DNA from: Laetmonice hystrix
Taxonomy: Eukaryota
Direction of reading: 5' to 3'
NCBI GenBank assembly: GCA_965235115.1
Contig: OZ249436.1
Span: 3,722,001-3,786,000, forward strand
DNA: 64,000 bases
A program made the position numbers and the translations under genes. How positions within the stretch are numbered: the stretch's first letter is position 1; each line of letters opens with the position of its first letter. Under the pieces are notes generated by a model, which saw only the letters and a program-made list of their open reading frames with translations, did not search any database and had not been told where the DNA came from. Below, piece by piece: positions 39,332 through 50,043 of this stretch.

Positions 39332-39502
39332 CAGGCACGTACCCAGGATTGTGCTTAGGGGGGGGGGGGGTTCCATCAGGACAAGAGGGCTGCCCGGGGG
39401 CTACCTGTGTTTTTGCACCAGTCGACCTGGGGACCGGAGGGGGCCGGGGGGGGGGGGGGGGGTCCGGAACCCCTGGAACCCCCCCCCCTGGGTACGTGCC
39501 TG
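39332..39502. mobile_element. MITE in the copy 1 promoter
   Basis: TIR CAGGCACGTACCCAGG / CCTGGGTACGTGCCTG; GATTG on both sides; sits between two copies of a ~75-bp promoter segment. Confidence 0.85.
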
Positions 39503-40698
39503 GATTGTGAGGTGCGCCATGGAGTGCTAACGCTGACCTAGTTACTCAGCTCTGACACCTGACAAAGGTGTCAGACCGTGCACGCCTAGCCCTGAGATCA
39601 AGGGCGCTTCTTTCTAACACGTGACGTGAAGTCATTAGCAGGTAGCCGTCCTGTAGCAAGAGCATGACCAATTCAACGTGTTTTTATATAATGGACGTCA
39701 ATCCTGATGGAATCTGCCTGAATTCCTCTTAGTTTAGTTTATTTTAGGTCTCCCTCCATAAGAGGGCGCCTCGGTATTTCAATTCGAAAGATGTGACTGT
39801 AATGGCTTTACCGCTGGTGTAGTTCATACTAGCCCCGTAAGAGGGCGCCTAGGCATGTAATGGACGTCAAGGCTGACTCAATTCCTCCCTGTTCCTTCTA
39901 CTTATTACTCCCATCATAAATTGTCGGCTCAGTATTGATGGTGTTGAAATCAGTGAGCGTAATCCCCCTATATAGGCCTACCCGCCGTTTAATTCATGCC
40001 CCCTCCGTTAGACGGCACTGAAGTATCTGGCCATGCAGTCGCCGTGTTGCTTGGCGTATGATGACTGCTGTGTTGTAACTCAGCTCTTTCTGCCTTTGAT
40101 ATGGTTACATTTCATTCATGCGATTACAGGCCTTTTCTTTGACATAATATGATTTCAAATTCAAAATCATATGGATACTGTTGATTCTGTGGGCATTTTA
40201 ATGTTTCTCGTTGGAATGTATGTTTCCACCGTCCCCGAGTTAAAAAAGAATTATAGTTTAGCTGCGATATACATGTGCATCTATAGACGTAGCCTATACT
40301 AGGTTGTGTGCACAGAAAACAGCCGGCAACAATGCGTGGAAAAAGACTAGAAGCTGTTCAAGAATAGGAAAAGTGGATAAGGGAGGTTGATGCATGACGA
40401 AAGAAAGCAGTCAATTCTGAACGGTTTTCTGTTCAAGATACTTCATATTTCATATGAATATTTGGAGATTGTAAAATATCTGGCGGATTTGCTTGTAAAT
40501 GTAGGAATTTTTATATAGGCCTAGGCAGGATGTAAAATTCCTTCCTCAATCATTTCAGGAAGACCTGCCTCTCTATCCACATAGGTTACAAAACAATGAT
40601 TCATTGAAGAACTTAGAAAGGGCTTGATATAGGGTCAAGGTAGACGGCTGGCAAAACATATTATTCTAAGGGTTTAGGTAGAATTATACAACGAATAT

Positions 40699-40736
40699 CG
40701 ACTCTATTGAGACAGAGTGTGGCCCTGACAAGGGCC
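40699..40736 (-). terminator. Histone-type 3' stem-loop and HDE-like element, copy 2
   Basis: Same hairpin at 40721-40736, then ACACTCTGTCTC-AATAGAGTCG. Confidence 0.7.
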
Positions 40737-40766
40737 GTGTAGGTTTGTGTGAGAGAATGGTTCTCT

Positions 40767-41087
40767 TCACTGGTGCTGGTCGTCATCATCCTCGCACACC
40801 TCCTCCCAGTCGACCTGAAACTCCTCCATGAGGCGATCCTGCATATCGTCCAGGAGGTCGGCACGGCTGTTGGCGTACTCCCAGAACATGTTCCTCACTC
40901 CCTCCAGGGTGATCAGACGGAGACGGTGTTGGTAGCGGAAGGTTCGGCGGTTGTTGCGGAGGGCACGGTCGTGTTTGGTCCTCGTGTCCCTGATACGGTT
41001 GTTGAGGAGATTGACTTGCTGACAGGCCCTCCTGAATTTGCGGTCCATCTGGCGCATCTCTGAGATGAGGTCTTGCGCTGACGTCAT
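40767..41087 (-). CDS. Small intronless protein, family copy 2 (106 aa)
   Basis: MTSAQDLISEMRQMDRKF..; TATATAA on - at 41164-41170; 3' hairpin 40721-40736. Confidence 0.85.
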   Translation of the reverse strand: MTSAQDLISEMRQMDRKFRRACQQVNLLNNRIRDTRTKHDRALRNNRRTFRYQHRLRLITLEGVRNMFWEYANSRADLLDDMQDRLMEEFQVDWEEVCEDDDDQHQ

Positions 41088-42455
41088 TGTGCTATAAGAC
41101 TGGTTGTGATGTTTACCGGGTGAATAGCGAGCGAAGTCTGCTCTCCAGGCATGTCCGTATTAGTTATATATGCTAGGTCGAACTTAGCGTGGAGAGTTTA
41201 ATGAGCGATGATGCTGACACGGCCTCCTGCCCAGTACGTGGTCGTGCCACATCTCGCGAATTACTCAAGTAAACAGTTTGACATGTAGTCATAAAATTAC
41301 TCAAGTAAACAGCTTGACATGTAGTCATAAGTCTGGAACTCAAATCAGTGACATGGCGACATGGCGCTTCAAGGATTACGTAATACCAAATGAAGCCTAT
41401 TTACTGCCCATCCCACCCCTCGATCGTGCCAAGAGCCCTGCCCCGTGACACCCCCCCCCCCCCGCGTACCCAGCCGTGGCGTTACGTGTGTAGGACACCT
41501 TATCAATTAGTACTGAGTTGGTAAACACATGATCAGGGAGATGTGTTAACACCACGCCTGCTGCCCTGGACCTCTCATTGCGGCCAGCCGCTTCGATTAG
41601 GAATAGATTAATTATGTTGATAGTCCTCGAGCCACAATATCCAATCTTTGTTCACAAGGCATTTTATATATCCCCAGGTTGATCAACGCACTGAAATAGA
41701 AATGTTTGTGGTGTGGTTTTGATATAAAAATCATACTTCGGCACCACGTAAAGGGGGGAATAATATATGTCACTATGATATATTCCTTTATCATCAGCAT
41801 ATTATTTTGACCTTTGTTCATATCTGCTGTCCGTTTTTGTCTCACCCTAAATCTATTTTAATCAATAAACATTTAAAAGGCCTCTTTCTACATCTCCTGG
41901 CAGACTAACCTATTTACAAATTAGGCCTGATCAGGCTCGTGTTGGGTGGGGCGGCGGGGGTGTGGGTGGGGGTGTGGGTGGGGGTGTGGGGTGGGGTTCC
42001 GGACCTCCTGCCCCCCCCCCGAGAATAGTTTTTTTTTCTCTTATATTCAACGGAATAACATCGAACGAGCAAGTGCGAAGCATTCCCGCCGTTTTGAACC
42101 CGTTGAGAGATAAATCCACAAAATATAACGCCCTAAAATGGCCCACAAATTGCAGGAAATCGCGTCTCACAGCTTCTACTTTTTAAAAATATCCCGAGGA
42201 CCCACCCGCTGAAAATCCTGGACACGCGCCTTCTGATAGTGGTCGATTTCTTTCACATTTCCTTAAGTTTTACTCTACGCCAGTGAGACGTATAAAATGC
42301 TTACTTAAAATGGTTACTTCTTTAAATCGCTCCTTTTTAAAATTAATATTACACCGCGTTCTGGGATCGTTGGTGCGATAAAGCCAACAGTTATAGGGCT
42401 TCAGAACACAAGTGTTGGAAGGCGGAGATCTCTTAGTACGCGTTGTATTGACAGG

Positions 42456-42855
42456 CAGGGGCGCCGGAAGCAAATTATTATTGGGGGGGCAAGAGAGCTG
42501 AAGCGAAAGTCATAGGCTACAACATGCTTAGTAAAGCAGGATCGGAGGCCCTCCCCAAGAAAATTTTAAAAACTACACACCTTAAAACGCTTTTCTACGC
42601 CATTTTGAGGCAGGATTTTTTATGTTTTGAAGGCGTAAATGAATAAATTACAATGTATCAATGTATCATTAGGACAATCTACCCAGTCTTTGACGCGACC
42701 AAGTCATGGTTTCAACAGGCCTACTGTATGTGGAAAAACCTGACTTTTTTTCATTCATGATCACAGATTATTGGGGGGGCGATGCCCCCCCCCCCCAACC
42801 AGATTATCGAGGGGCGGTCGCCCCCCCCCCTGCCCCCCCGCTTCTGGCGCCTATG
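42456..42855. mobile_element. hAT-like MITE
   Basis: CAGGGGCGCCGGAAGC..GCTTCTGGCGCCTATG termini, 8-bp TSD TTGACAGG. Confidence 0.85.
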
Positions 42856-42902
42856 TTGACAGGACCTTTAGTTGTGAGAACTGACACTACCTGGTTTAGT
42901 TA

Positions 42903-43138
42903 CGTTATCGTAACAGTTATCTCTGGAACTGATTCGGCAGTCAACTCCTAGTATATCAACCTGACGCAGCGTTGAATTCAGCAATACAACACAAGTCAAA
43001 GGTCAACATGTGAGTGATCGTTATCGTAACAGTTATCTCTGGAACTGATTGGGCAGTCAACTCCTAGTATATCAACCTGACGTAACGTTGAATTCAGCAA
43101 TACAACACAAGTCAACGGTCAATCAACATGTGAGTGAC
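42903..43138. repeat. ~116-bp direct duplication
   Basis: cgttatcgtaacagttatctctgg..aacatgtgagtga occurs twice. Confidence 0.85.
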
Positions 43139-43729
43139 GGTTTCCGAAAAAAAAGTAGGCCTACCGTCGAGTCAAAGGTGACCCAACTTCATTAAAAAGG
43201 TGGTTTCACAGATGTTGCTTTAACGTATAATGCCGTCAAGGCTCTTTTTTGAATTTCTGAATTTGAATTTAGAAGGCCAAAAAACTTCTCGCTATTTCCC
43301 GGCATCTGAAGTGATGTGAAGTTCACAAAGCATTAAGGGCTATAGCCTACCAATAATTTTTGTCATTTCTTAAAAAAAGGCGACCCGCGCCTGGCATTTA
43401 GGCCTACTCACACATATTATAGGCCTAGGCCTAATTGTTTGGGCAAATGATTACCCGAACATGCTATTTCGACTCCAAAAATATTTTACGCACGTTCTCC
43501 CCAGATTAGCCCCAAAATGAAAAGCGCACGGCGCTGCATCTGGAAGAGGTTTCATCTAGTTCACCTCGTCGGTGATACCGGTAGGCCTTCTTCTGGGCAA
43601 TGTGACAAAGGGGGAAAAGTTTAAAATAATTGAGGGACTATTTCTCTGGTCGTCCCTGGAGCCCCCCCCCCCCCCCCGCCCCACGGAGAAGGGAGTGTTG
43701 ACAGTCATCTTACCCAAACAGACATTTTC

Positions 43730-44408
43730 TTATAGACACCTTCCCGTCAGCAGCCCTTGTAGGCCTAATACTGCTGCCTGTACATGTATACTCTGAGAAA
43801 CGACACTAGGCCTAGAGACACCTTCCCGTCAGCAGCACTAGTAGGCCTAATACTGCTGCCTGTACATGTACTCTGGGAAACGACAGTATAGACATCTTCC
43901 CGTCAGCAGCCCTAGTAGGCCTAATACTGCTGCCTGTACATGTATACTGAGAAACAACACTATAGACACCTTCCCGTCCGCAGCCCTAGTAGGCCTAATA
44001 CTGCTGCCTGTACATGTACTCTGAGAAACGACAGTATAGACACCTTCCCGTCAGCAGCCCTGGTAGGCCTAATACTGCTGCCTGTACATGTAGGCCTATA
44101 CTGAGAAACAACACTATAGACACCTTCCCGTCCGCAGCCCTAGTAGGCCTAATACTGCTGCCTGTACATGTAGGCCTATACTGAGAAACAACACTATAGA
44201 AACCTTCCCGTCCGCAGCCCTAGTAGGCCTAATACTGCTGCCTGTACATGTATACTGAGAAACAACACTATAGACACCTTCCCGTCCGCAGCCCTAGTAG
44301 GCCTAATACTGCTGCCTGCACATGTATACTGAGAAACAACACTATAGACACCTTCCCGTCCGCAGCCCTAGTAGGCCTAATAGTACTCTGAGAAACGACA
44401 CTACAGAC
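43730..44408. repeat. ~70-80-bp minisatellite (~9 units)
   Basis: tatagacaccttcccgtc(a/c)gcagccctagtaggcctaatactgctgcctgtacatg.. repeated. Confidence 0.9.
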
Positions 44409-44738
44409 AGGTTATGTTTAATCTCGTTGCTCAGAGCAATGTGAGTTCATGCCCGTCATTGATTAGGCCACGTACGGTTAGTCTGCAAGAATTTTTACAA
44501 CTCTTCTTATATCGTAAAGTGACACGTCTTCAGGGTTGGTTAAAATTTTGATTTGGGGATTATCCTGAGAAATATTTTAACTGCTAATCGAAGCGCCTTC
44601 CTCAAGTGACAGGTTCCGGACCCCCGACTGGGCGCCGTGTTACACGGCTCGTACGTGGGGTGGTGGAGTGGGGTGGGGTGGGGTGAAGTGCTGGGGTCGG
44701 GTGGGGTGGGGTGGAGTGGGGGGGGGGGGCTGTCAACA

Positions 44739-44927
44739 GGCTACATTTGGTGTTACGTAATCCTCGGGGCGCTATATCGTCACTGAGCCACGTTACAACT
44801 TTATGACCACATGTCAAAGTGTTACACTTGATTAGTTCGCGAGATGTGCCAAGACCACGTGATGGGCGCCGTGTCAGCCTCATCTCTCATTATTCCCTCC
44901 ACGCTAAGTTTCACTTTGCATATATAA
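44739..44927 (+). promoter_or_regulatory. Type-B promoter of copy 3 (homologous to the copy 2 upstream region, 41164-41400 on -)
   Basis: Shared islands TTACGTAATCC, ACATGTCAA, TTCGCGAGATGTG, GCCGTGTCAGC, CTCCACGCTAAGTT and GCATATATAA. Confidence 0.6.
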
Positions 44928-44991
44928 GTAAGACCAAGAGGCCTGGAGAACATACTTCAAGCATACCCGGTAAGGTTCACAGCAAGTCACA

Positions 44992-45309
44992 ATGTCCTCA
45001 GCGCAAGACCTCATCACGGAGATGCGTCAGATGGACCGCAAGTTCAAGAAAGCCTGTCGTCAAATAACTCTCCTCAACTATCAAATCAAAGCAATGAGGA
45101 CACGATACGACCGTGCCGTCAGCAACAACTGCCGCACCTTCCGCTACCAAAACCGGCTCCGTCTGGTCAGCCTGGAGGGAGTGAGGAACATGTTCTGGGA
45201 GTACGCCAACAGCCGTGCCGACCTCCTGGACGATATGCAGGATCGCCTCATGGATCAGTTTCAAGTCGACTGGGACGAGGTGTGTGAGAGCGATGACGAC
45301 CAGAGTTGA
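44992..45309 (+). CDS. Small intronless protein, family copy 3 (105 aa, most divergent)
   Basis: MSSAQDLITEMRQMDRKF..; TATATAA 44921-44927; frame kept despite many substitutions. Confidence 0.85.
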   Translation: MSSAQDLITEMRQMDRKFKKACRQITLLNYQIKAMRTRYDRAVSNNCRTFRYQNRLRLVSLEGVRNMFWEYANSRADLLDDMQDRLMDQFQVDWDEVCESDDDQS

Positions 45310-45345
45310 ATCAGTGAAGAAAGCCATTCTCACAATTGTTTATTT

Positions 45346-45555
45346 ACCAAACGGCCCTTGTCAGGGCCACACTGTGACACCAAACGGCCCTTGTCAGGGC
45401 CACACTGTGACACCAAACGGCCCTTGTCAGGGCCACACTGTGCCACCAAACGGCCCTTGTCAGGGCCACACTGTGACACCAAACGGCCCTTGTCAGGGCC
45501 ACACTGTGACACCAAACGGCCCTTGTCAGGGCCACACTCTGTCTCAGAAGAGTCG
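45346..45555 (+). terminator. Six tandem histone-type stem-loops (33-bp period) with one terminal HDE-like element, copy 3
   Basis: Hairpins start at 45353, 45386, 45419, 45452, 45485 and 45518, each preceded by CCAAAC; only the last is followed by ACACTCTGTCTC-AGAAGAGTCG. Confidence 0.7.
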
Positions 45556-45718
45556 ATACGAACCTATATCTCTCTCAAATCAAATTTATAAGTGTGTATC
45601 CTCTAACCGATCTCATTCATAATGCTAATGAATTATCAGTATAAAAGATGACTATATCAATATTCATATCCTTCCCCTGGTTATTCCCAAATGGTAAGTC
45701 CCAGATAAATTTGGGGTA

Positions 45719-46042
45719 TTAAGGGTCAGGGATAGGGATAGGGATAGGGATATTCTGTCTTTGGGAGGTGTAGGGACCGAGGTTAGGAGTTAGGAATAAG
45801 GTAAGGGCTATGGATCTTTACTTACGATAAATTTTCGTGGCTTTGAAGTTACCACGGGGGATAGATAGGGGTCTATCTATAGAGTCTAACCTTCCCCTTA
45901 ATATCTGGCAATTTGTCAAGCACCTTAAGGAAGTACAAAAAGAGCAGTTCTTAAAGGCACACATGGAATAGCCTATCCCTAACCCCTAACCCCAGTCCCT
46001 ACACCTCCCAAAAACATATCCCTAACCTATCCCTGACCTTAA
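45719..46042. mobile_element. Foldback MITE-like element with (T)AGGG-rich arms
   Basis: TTAAGGGTCAGGGATAGG..TTGGGAGGTGTAGGGAC mirrored by GTCCCTACACCTCCCAA..CCTATCCCTGACCTTAA. Confidence 0.65.
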
Positions 46043-46552
46043 CCCAAACCCCTTCCCAAAAACTTTGTGGGAAAGTTATCATAGGGGTAGTCTATGGGTA
46101 AAATTTGACACGATCGACACGCCGACACGGCCGTAAAATGAAGGGCGACATTGCGACACCCTCTTCTTAATGTGCGACGGACACAGCTCCCAAATGGCTG
46201 ATAAAATTCGACGTGAGACATCCAGAATAATCAATAGTGAGACACACTGATTTAATTAACAGGTGACACACGACATCGACAATTATTAAATAGCGACGTG
46301 CGACATAGGCCTACAGTAGAAGCGACATAGATCTACCATATCCATCTAGGCCTAAATCTCTTACACTTTTACAGTCTTAGTCTTACACTGGAGCCAGTCT
46401 TAGTCTTAGACTGGAGTTTAAAAAGTGACACACGACATGATTGAATCGTTTTAAAAAGTGGCATGGGACATGGACAAATTTCTTATCATGTGACACTGGG
46501 ACACAGGCATAAAAAATAGGACCCATATATACCCTTATCATAGGGGAATAAC

Positions 46553-46967
46553 CGTAAGACTACCCTGAATATGAAATCATATACCGGAGACATCGAGCTG
46601 ACAGACGTCTTGTCATGGCAGTAAGACAATCCTGAATATGAAATCATATACCGGAGACATCGAGCTGACAGACGTCTTGTCATGGCAGTAAGACGACCCT
46701 GAATATGAAATCATATACCGGAGACATCGAGCTGACAGACGTCTTGTCATGGCAGTAAGTAAGACAACCCTGAATATGAAATCATATACCGGAGACATCG
46801 AGCTGACAGACGTCTTGTCATGGCAGTAAGTAAGAAAATCCTGAATATGAAATCATATACCGGAGACATCGAGCTGACAGACGTCTTGTCATGGCAGTAA
46901 GACGACCCTGAATATGAAATCATATACCGGAGACATAGAGCTGACAGACGTCTTGTCATGGCAGTAA
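46553..46967. repeat. 67-71-bp minisatellite (6 units)
   Basis: ctgaatatgaaatcatataccggagacatcgagctgacagacgtcttgtcatggcagtaag repeated. Confidence 0.92.
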
Positions 46968-47038
46968 AAGAAAGACTGTTTCGGTGCTCACCGTTTCATT
47001 CTAACTTGGCGCCATATTCTGATAAAAGCAGGCTATCT

Positions 47039-47206
47039 GGCCCCAGTTTCAAGAAAGTGGTTAAGTTAACTAAGTTGGTTAAGATGAATTTTAACCAGAA
47101 CTTAACCAATCAGGAAGCAGAGAATTGACCAATTTTGGTTAAAGTCAGAGTTAACCACGATTTTAACCAACTTAGTTAACTTAACCACTTTCTTGACACC
47201 GGGGCT
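47039..47206. mobile_element. Palindromic MITE (Harbinger-like)
   Basis: GCCCCAGTTTCAAGAAAGTGGTTAAGTTAACTAAGTTGGTTAA mirrored at the right end. Confidence 0.8.
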
Positions 47207-47740
47207 GGCCGTCCCATGATTCCCCGCAACGATGTGTAACTGTGTGTTTATTGCGTCCGCCAACATATTAAATAGAGAACACGGACTAACTTCCCATCCC
47301 TGCTACATGCCGCAGGGTAAAATCTACTCGACCAAGTCTGCCATGTCAAAGTGGGGCTTGTTGGGAACAGTTGACTTGTGACGAGAAATGACGATAACCT
47401 TGCCCCCTTTGTTTATCAATCAATTTCTACGAAAGAGCGCATCACCAAAACAGCAAAAGAAAGCATTTTGTTACTTTCTACCGAATGCCTCTTTATAAAA
47501 TATCCATTTAATACCCTTATCTCTTATTCACGTATCTATTTATCCATTTATTTCATTCGGTCTTGTTTGGCGCACTGTAGTGAGGTATTTCCCAAGCCAG
47601 ACTATCGTCGATATGCCCATAGCGTTATCACATTTGAGGGCGATGGAGGGTTTCAAAATACATTTAAAAAAAGAATATGTAGACTCAATTGCTACGTCAT
47701 AACTTCACACTATGAATCTGTGACGTGCCATAAAAATATA

Positions 47741-47839
47741 TTTCAGGGGTCACGCTGGGTCACCAAACTTAGATATATGACAATTTTCCTGAAATTCTCA
47801 TATATGATTAGAGTTTGGTGACCCAGCGTGACCCCTGAA
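47741..47839. repeat. Short perfect-armed palindrome (MITE remnant)
   Basis: TTTCAGGGGTCACGCTGGGTCACCAAACT / AGTTTGGTGACCCAGCGTGACCCCTGAAA. Confidence 0.8.
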
Positions 47840-48019
47840 AACAATTGTAGGAGAACTTTCTCCTAGTCATGGATAGTCCATGAGGAGAAGAGTCCCTGGG
47901 GACCATTCATTAGTCCCCCTGCCCCGTAGATTCGAATCGGATCCTATTTCCTGAATAAGATCCTGACTTGGCGAATCGTGTACCGTGTACCAGATGCTAA
48001 CTTCACACTGCTGCTACAG

Positions 48020-48145
48020 CATCTGACACATTTGTCAGGTGTCAACTGAGCGACTAGCTCAGAGTGAGCACCCTTTATCGCACCTCACGACCGCCTCTTG
48101 CCATCAACACTCACCTCCACACTGATTCTTTCCCACCATATATTA
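48020..48145 (+). promoter_or_regulatory. Type-A promoter of copy 4 (also copies 1, 5, 6)
   Basis: CTGACAC-N9-GTGTCA inverted repeat, GCACCTCAC, CAACACTCAC and TATA are shared with the diverged copy 1 upstream region. Confidence 0.55.
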
Positions 48146-48222
48146 CGGGCACCAGCATTACTTGGAAACAATCATCGTTAAGCCTTCAGCTTGCAACAAT
48201 TCCCTCAGAATATTTTACAGTC

Positions 48223-48543
48223 ATGGCTCCAGTTCAAAGACTCATCTCAGAGATGCGCCAGATGGACCGCAAGTTCAAGGTGGCCTGTCAGCAAGTCAAT
48301 CTCCTCAACAAACGTATCAAGGAAATGAGGACCAAACACGACCGTACCGTCCGCAAGAACCGCCGCTCCTTCCGCTACCACAACCGGCTCCGTCTGGTCA
48401 CCCTGGAGGGAGTGAGGAACATGTTCTGGGAGTACGCCAACAGCCGTGCCGACCTCCTGGACGATATGGAGGACCGCCTCATGGAGGAGTTTCAGGTCGA
48501 CTGGGAGGAGGTGTGCGAGGGTGAGGACGACCAGCACCAGTGA
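48223..48543 (+). CDS. Small intronless protein, family copy 4 (106 aa)
   Basis: ATG at 48223 aligns with the paralogue starts (the ORF-track extension to 48064 starts at GTG and runs through the promoter); TATATTA 48139-48145. Confidence 0.85.
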   Translation: MAPVQRLISEMRQMDRKFKVACQQVNLLNKRIKEMRTKHDRTVRKNRRSFRYHNRLRLVTLEGVRNMFWEYANSRADLLDDMEDRLMEEFQVDWEEVCEGEDDQHQ

Positions 48544-48573
48544 AGAGAACCATTCTCTCACACAAACCTACAC

Positions 48574-48611
48574 GGCCCTTGTCAGGGCCACACTCTATCT
48601 CAAAAGAATCG
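48574..48611 (+). terminator. Histone-type 3' stem-loop and HDE-like element, copy 4
   Basis: Hairpin 48574-48589, then ACACTCTATCTC-AAAAGAATCG. Confidence 0.7.
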
Positions 48612-49654
48612 ATGATTGCTAAATAGGCGATAGCAAATACCTTAGAGTGATATGTTTTGATTCCTGTCTTTGGTGACTCTTCTCAGCTCCCTTTTAGTTC
48701 CACAACGAACCATTCTTTGTAATCCATGTGGAAACAAAACGATGTCGGCCGAGAATGATTAAAAAAGAATTTCATATCGTGCCTCTATAACAGTTAAATG
48801 GCATGCTAGTTATATTGCAAGATCCCTGTACTCCGATATAATTAAATACTTTGAAAAGAAGATAGTAAAAAGTAACCAACTTCGTATCAATTTCTGTATT
48901 CATGCCTCCCTCTATGTGTCCCCTTTTCTATTCTTGCACAGTTTCTAGTGCTTTGCCACGCATTGTTGCCTGGCTTTTCTCTTTGCAGGCGGCCTATAGA
49001 CACGAACACATTAATAATGTTCACAAATTCAACAGTATCCATACGATATTGAATCTATATCATATTATAATCCTAATGAAAAGCAAGGTTAAGACAATGA
49101 ATGAAATATAACACATTCGTAGGAAGACAGCTAGAGCTGAGCTTTTAGGCGGGGGTAATACGCTGAGTTGATCGAGCACGGCATGGTCAGGTACTTTGGC
49201 GCCCTCTATCGGAAGGGGCGTAAACTAAAACGATGGTCGCGGAATTTGGCTCACTATGAACACGGTGGCGACCTCTTACGGAGGGAGTTACTAAGTAGAA
49301 TGAAGTCACAAGACGTGGGGCTGAACGAATTAACGCCATGAGATAAAAAGACAGTGATGTAATTATCCGATTGGGCGAGAACTGCTACCAGCTTCTAATG
49401 ACTTCACGCCAAATTCGAAAATAGGCGGCCATGCTGGCAGGGCTACAGCGTCTAACACATTTGTCAGGTGTCAACTGAGCGACTAGCTCAGAGTGAGCAC
49501 CCTTTATCGCACCTCACGACCGCCTCTTACCATCAACACTCACCTCCACACTGATTCTTTCCCACCATATATTACGGGCACCAGCATTACTTGGAAACAA
49601 TCATCGTTAAGCCTTCAGCTTGCAACAATTCCCTGAGAATATTTTACTACAGTC

Positions 49655-49975
49655 ATGGCTCCAGTTGATAAACTTATCTCTGAGATGCGCCAGATGGACC
49701 GCAAGTTCAAGGTGGCCTGTCAGCAAGTCAATCTCCTCAACAACCGTATCAGGGACACGAGGACCAAACACGACCGTGCCGTCCGCAAGAACCGCCGCTC
49801 CTTCCGCTACCACAACCGGCTCCGGCTGATCACCCTGGAGGGAGTGAGGAACATGTTCTGGGAGTACGCCAACAGCCGTGCCGACCTCCTTGACGATATG
49901 GAGGACCGCCTCATGGAGGAGTTTCAGGTCGACTGGGAGGAGGTGTGCGAGGGTGAGGACGACCAGCACCAGTGA
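49655..49975 (+). CDS. Small intronless protein, family copy 5 (106 aa)
   Basis: MAPVDKLISEMRQMDRKF..; tandem duplicate of copy 4 at a 1432 bp offset. Confidence 0.85.
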   Translation: MAPVDKLISEMRQMDRKFKVACQQVNLLNNRIRDTRTKHDRAVRKNRRSFRYHNRLRLITLEGVRNMFWEYANSRADLLDDMEDRLMEEFQVDWEEVCEGEDDQHQ

Positions 49976-50005
49976 AGAGAACCATTCTCTCACACAAACC
50001 TACAC

Positions 50006-50043
50006 GGCCCTTGTCAGGGCCACACTCTGTCTCAAAAGAATCG
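50006..50043 (+). terminator. Histone-type 3' stem-loop and HDE-like element, copy 5
   Basis: Hairpin 50006-50021, then ACACTCTGTCTC-AAAAGAATCG. Confidence 0.7.

Noticed and set aside
45346..45540. Palindromic repeat array as CRISPR, or ORF 45215-45622 as a protein
   Set aside because: The intervening sequences are identical, so this is a simple 33-bp tandem; the ORF is its translation.
45965..46050. Interstitial telomere
   Set aside because: Only degenerate CCCTAA-like units that form one arm of an inverted-repeat element.
48064..48222. N-terminal extension of copy 4 (and 51506-51694 for copy 6)
   Set aside because: Non-ATG start running through the TATA-containing promoter; not open in other copies.
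38800..49975. Calling the small proteins histones because of the stem-loop
   Set aside because: No H2A/H2B/H3/H4 motifs or H1 K/A/P-rich tails; the acidic C-terminus is unlike histones. A remote fold relationship cannot be excluded without structure prediction.
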